Origin: Myxococcota bacterium | GTDB taxonomy: Bacteria; Myxococcota_A; Polyangia; Polyangiales; Sandaracinaceae | Assembly: GCA_036149055.1 (NCBI GenBank) | Contig: JAYZQJ010000098.1 | Location: 1-18,331, forward strand | Reading direction: 5' to 3' | DNA: 18,331 bases | In this document: piece by piece, positions 15,629 through 18,331 of the stretch | How the letters are laid out: every line of letters begins with the position of its first letter | Position numbering within the stretch: position 1 is the stretch's first letter | The notes under the pieces: model-generated | Databases searched by the model: none | Told to the model about the DNA's origin: nothing | What the model saw: only the letters and a program-made list of their open reading frames with translations | Position numbers and translations under genes: made by a program

Positions 15629-16119
15629 GGCGTCGGGAGGCAGAAGCCGTTCGTGCCCATCGCCTCGAGCGCGGTGCAGGTCTCGCTGGCGTCGCAGGCC
15701 GAGCCGTCGGCGGTGTCACACGCGCGGTAGCAGTTGAAGGCGTCGCTCACCTCGACGCAGATCGCGCCCCGCACGCAGGTCAGGCTGGCGACCCCGGGGC
15801 GGTCCGGATCGGGCGTGCAGTCGCCGCCGACCTCCGTGGTGCCGCCCAGGTAGCAGACGCCCAGGTTGGGGTCGCGGGCCGGGCCCGACGGGTCGGGCGG
15901 CGTGCAGACCTCGCCGCCGGCGCACAGCCGGGTGGTGGCGAGATCGCAGTCGGGCATGCAGACCGGGCTGGTCTCGGCGCCCTCGTGCTCGAAGCAGCTG
16001 AGCCCGACCTCGCAGTCCGCGGTGTCGACGCAGCTCTCGCCCATCATCGCGGGGCTGCTGCTGCACGCGAGGGCGAAGAGCAGGGAAGCAATCGGCCAAG
16101 CCGAACGGATACGGATCAC
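15625..16119 (-). CDS. Small Cys-rich lipoprotein of unknown function
   Basis: GGAGG RBS 5 nt before the GTG at 16119. Signal ...WPIASLLFALA-C followed by repeated GE.C...C..GL.C / C...CD...C..GE.C modules. Confidence 0.82.
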   Translation of the reverse strand: MIRIRSAWPIASLLFALACSSSPAMMGESCVDTADCEVGLSCFEHEGAETSPVCMPDCDLATTRLCAGGEVCTPPDPSGPARDPNLGVCYLGGTTEVGGDCTPDPDRPGVASLTCVRGAICVEVSDAFNCYRACDTADGSACDASETCTALEAMGTNGFCLPTP

Positions 16120-16195
16120 GGTGACCTCCAGGGCGGAATACAGCGCATCACCGACGCCCCGTCGAGTTTCCGGTTCGCTGCTATCCTCGCGCGCG

Positions 16196-18106
16196 GTGTC
16201 GAGCCGACGCGTCGTGGCCGATCGATACGACCTCGTGCGCCCCATCGGGCGGGGCACGGCGGCCATGGTGTACGTGGCCAAGGATCGCGAGACCCGGCGC
16301 GAGGTCGCGGTGAAGCTGATCCCCGCGCGGAGCGGGGTCCGCCCCGACGAGGCGCAGCGCTTCGCGGCCGAGATCACCGGGCCCGGCCCCGAGCACCTCG
16401 GCCTCGCCCGGGTGCTCGACGCGGGGCTCGATCAGGACGCGCTCTTCCTGGTGAGCGAGCTCCTGCACGGCGAGACCCTCCGGGATCTCTTCGCGCGCAC
16501 CGAGCCCGGTGACGAGGCGCGGATCGACGCGCTCGAGGCGTGCCTCGATCCGCTCGCCGCCGCGCACCAGGCCGGCGTGCTGCACGGCGACCTGACCCCC
16601 AGCAACGTCTTCCTCGCCCGGCGCCGCAGCGGGGCCGAGCGGGTGGTCCTGCTCGACGTGGGGCTGGTCCCGCTCCTCCGCGCCGCGCGCCTGACCGCGG
16701 AGCAGGTCCCCCTCGGCGCGCTCCGCTTCGCGAGCCCCGAGCGGCTCGGCGGCGGGCGCCTCGGCAAGGCCAGCGACGTGTGGGCCTTCGGCGTGATGCT
16801 GTACGAGGCGATCACCGGCGCGGCGCCGTTCGCCTACGACCACCTCGACGCCCTCGCGCATCACGTCGGCCGGCTGCCCCACCCTCCCCCGGCGGAGATC
16901 CACCCGGGCGTGGATCGGTCGATGGCTCAGCTCGTCGATCTCTGCCTCGAGAAGGCGCCCGGGCGCCGCCCGCCGGACGGCCGCGCGCTGATGCGCCTGA
17001 TGAAGCCGCTCCGGAGCGGCATCCACGGCGCGGCGCGCGGCGACCGCGAGGACGGGATGTTGACGACGGTCATCGACCAGAGCGGCGCGGCCCCGGCGCC
17101 CCCGCCGGAGGAGCTGGAGCTCGGGCTGGTGCGCGGGCCCCGCGATCCGCGCGCGCACCGCGTCCTCTTCGATCACTACCGGAGCGAGGACATCACCGAC
17201 GGCGTCTGGCTGACCGCGACCGCGCTCGACTACCTCGGGGCGGCGACCCGGGCCGAGACCCAGATCGTGCATCATCACCGCCGGCCGCCCACCGCGGTGC
17301 TCGAGCAGGGCCTCGACCGCGGCCTCGACGCGGCGGGCTGGGCCGCGCTGCTCCACCCCGATCAGGATCCGCGGCTCGACGCGGTCTGGGCCGAGGTCGC
17401 CGACGCGGTGCTCGCGCTGCACCGGCGGGACGACGCGGCGCTCGGCCTGCCCGAGGCGAAGAAGCTCGACCTCGGGCGACCGACGAGCGACCTGCCCAAG
17501 GCCTTCGCGCGCGCGGTCGGCGCGGTGCGCCCGGGCGTGCTCCCGCGGCTCTACGCCGGGCCCCCGGGGCAGACGCCGCGTCATCTGCCGGCGCACCCGC
17601 CCGCGTCGATCTTCCCTCGCGGCTTCGAGGAGCCGCTGCCGCACGGCGCGCTGGTGTTCGCGGTGGGCCGCCACGTCGCCTGCTACCGGCCGGCGCACCG
17701 CGTCTGCACCGTGCTCCACGAGCCGGAGGCGCTCGAGGCGACCTTCGACGCGGCGGTGCGGCTCGGGCGCGGCTGGGCGGGCGAGCGCCCGGAGCAGACC
17801 CGGCTGATGGAGCTGCTCGCGGCGCAGCTCGGCGACGCGAAGCGGGACCGTCTGCGCGCGGTGTGCGCGCGGCTCGGCGACGCGGCCCGGGCGCCCGACC
17901 TCGGCACCTGGCGCCGCGCGGTGGAGCTCAGCTGCGCGCGGGCCGGCCTCCTGCTCTCCCAGGATCTCGACGGCGCGGCGTGGATGCTCCGCTGGAACCG
18001 CGAGCGGCGCCGCATCCCGCCCGAAGACGCGCTCGACGACCTCATCGCCTTCTGGTCCAGCGGAGCGCACGTCCGGCTGCGCCACGTCATCGGGCTCGCG
18101 GACTGA
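16196..18106 (+). CDS. Hanks-type Ser/Thr protein kinase (non-RD) with a C-terminal helical M48-like domain
   Basis: Motifs RYDLVRPIGRGTAAMVY, VAVKLI, FAAE, LVSELLHGETL, LHGDLTPSNVFL, LLDVG, FASPE, SDVWAFGVMLYEAITGAAPF and CLEKAPGRRP. The GTG start at 16196 is inferred. Confidence 0.9.
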   Translation: MSSRRVVADRYDLVRPIGRGTAAMVYVAKDRETRREVAVKLIPARSGVRPDEAQRFAAEITGPGPEHLGLARVLDAGLDQDALFLVSELLHGETLRDLFARTEPGDEARIDALEACLDPLAAAHQAGVLHGDLTPSNVFLARRRSGAERVVLLDVGLVPLLRAARLTAEQVPLGALRFASPERLGGGRLGKASDVWAFGVMLYEAITGAAPFAYDHLDALAHHVGRLPHPPPAEIHPGVDRSMAQLVDLCLEKAPGRRPPDGRALMRLMKPLRSGIHGAARGDREDGMLTTVIDQSGAAPAPPPEELELGLVRGPRDPRAHRVLFDHYRSEDITDGVWLTATALDYLGAATRAETQIVHHHRRPPTAVLEQGLDRGLDAAGWAALLHPDQDPRLDAVWAEVADAVLALHRRDDAALGLPEAKKLDLGRPTSDLPKAFARAVGAVRPGVLPRLYAGPPGQTPRHLPAHPPASIFPRGFEEPLPHGALVFAVGRHVACYRPAHRVCTVLHEPEALEATFDAAVRLGRGWAGERPEQTRLMELLAAQLGDAKRDRLRAVCARLGDAARAPDLGTWRRAVELSCARAGLLLSQDLDGAAWMLRWNRERRRIPPEDALDDLIAFWSSGAHVRLRHVIGLAD

Positions 18107-18112
18107 GTTTCT

Positions 18113-18331
18113 TGGAGGGTTTGGTGCAAACCCTCCCCCCATTGGGCAAAGCGCCAATGGGGCCCCCCTCCCGACTCCGTCGGCGCATCGCGCTTCGCGC
18201 TCGCGCCGCGACCCCAGCGACGGGGCGCTGGGGGCCCTGCGGCTCGCGCTGCTTCTTGCTGGAGGGTTTGGTGCAAACCCTCCCCCCATTGGGCAAAGCG
18301 CCAATGGGGCCCCCCTCCCGACTCCGCCGGC
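18113..18331. repeat. 72-bp double-hairpin repeat, two copies with 147-bp period (REP/BIME-like), truncated by the window end
   Basis: 18113-18184 and 18260-18331 differ at one base. Each copy has GGAGGGTTTG-gtg-CAAACCCTCC and CCCCATTGG-gcaaagcg-CCAATGGGG. The intervening segment also forms hairpins (GCGC-ttc-GCGC; CCCCAGCG..CGCTGGGG). Confidence 0.92.

Noticed and set aside
18113..18331. CRISPR array
   Set aside because: The 72-bp repeat and 75-bp spacer exceed normal CRISPR sizes, only two copies are visible, the spacer is itself palindromic, and no cas genes are present.

Overview
Very GC-rich bacterial DNA. The gene style (many Cys-rich lipoproteins with DAG-repeat linkers, a Hanks-type kinase, DUF3604) points to Myxococcota, probably Polyangiales/Sandaracinaceae-like; this assignment is inference. 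About 15 real genes, in order: Cys-rich lipoprotein (+); Gly/Ala-rich membrane protein (-); glutamate-cysteine-ligase-family (GCS2) protein with a C-terminal CBS pair (+); large lipoprotein with five 8-Cys repeats and two duplicated beta-sandwich domains (-); a co-oriented run of a crotonase-family protein, a DUF3604 lipoprotein, 4-hydroxybutyryl-CoA dehydratase (AbfD), a double zinc-ribbon membrane protein and YdcF (+); a YtrA-type GntR regulator with a palindromic operator plus a DUF1648/DUF5808 membrane protein (-); OmpA-like, SLT and small Cys-rich lipoproteins (-); and a non-RD Ser/Thr kinase fused to an M48-like domain (+). Both ends carry non-coding repeats: an 18-bp microsatellite and a two-copy CCUCC-rich repeat at the 5' end, and a 72-bp double-hairpin repeat with 147-bp period at the 3' end. 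No rRNA, tRNA, transposase or cas genes are visible. The best leads are the AbfD/isomerase/DUF3604 cluster, the two structured repeat elements, a recurring leaderless-type promoter layout and the kinase/pseudo-peptidase fusion. None is proven to be a novel system from sequence alone. Most long alternative-frame ORFs are GC-bias shadows.
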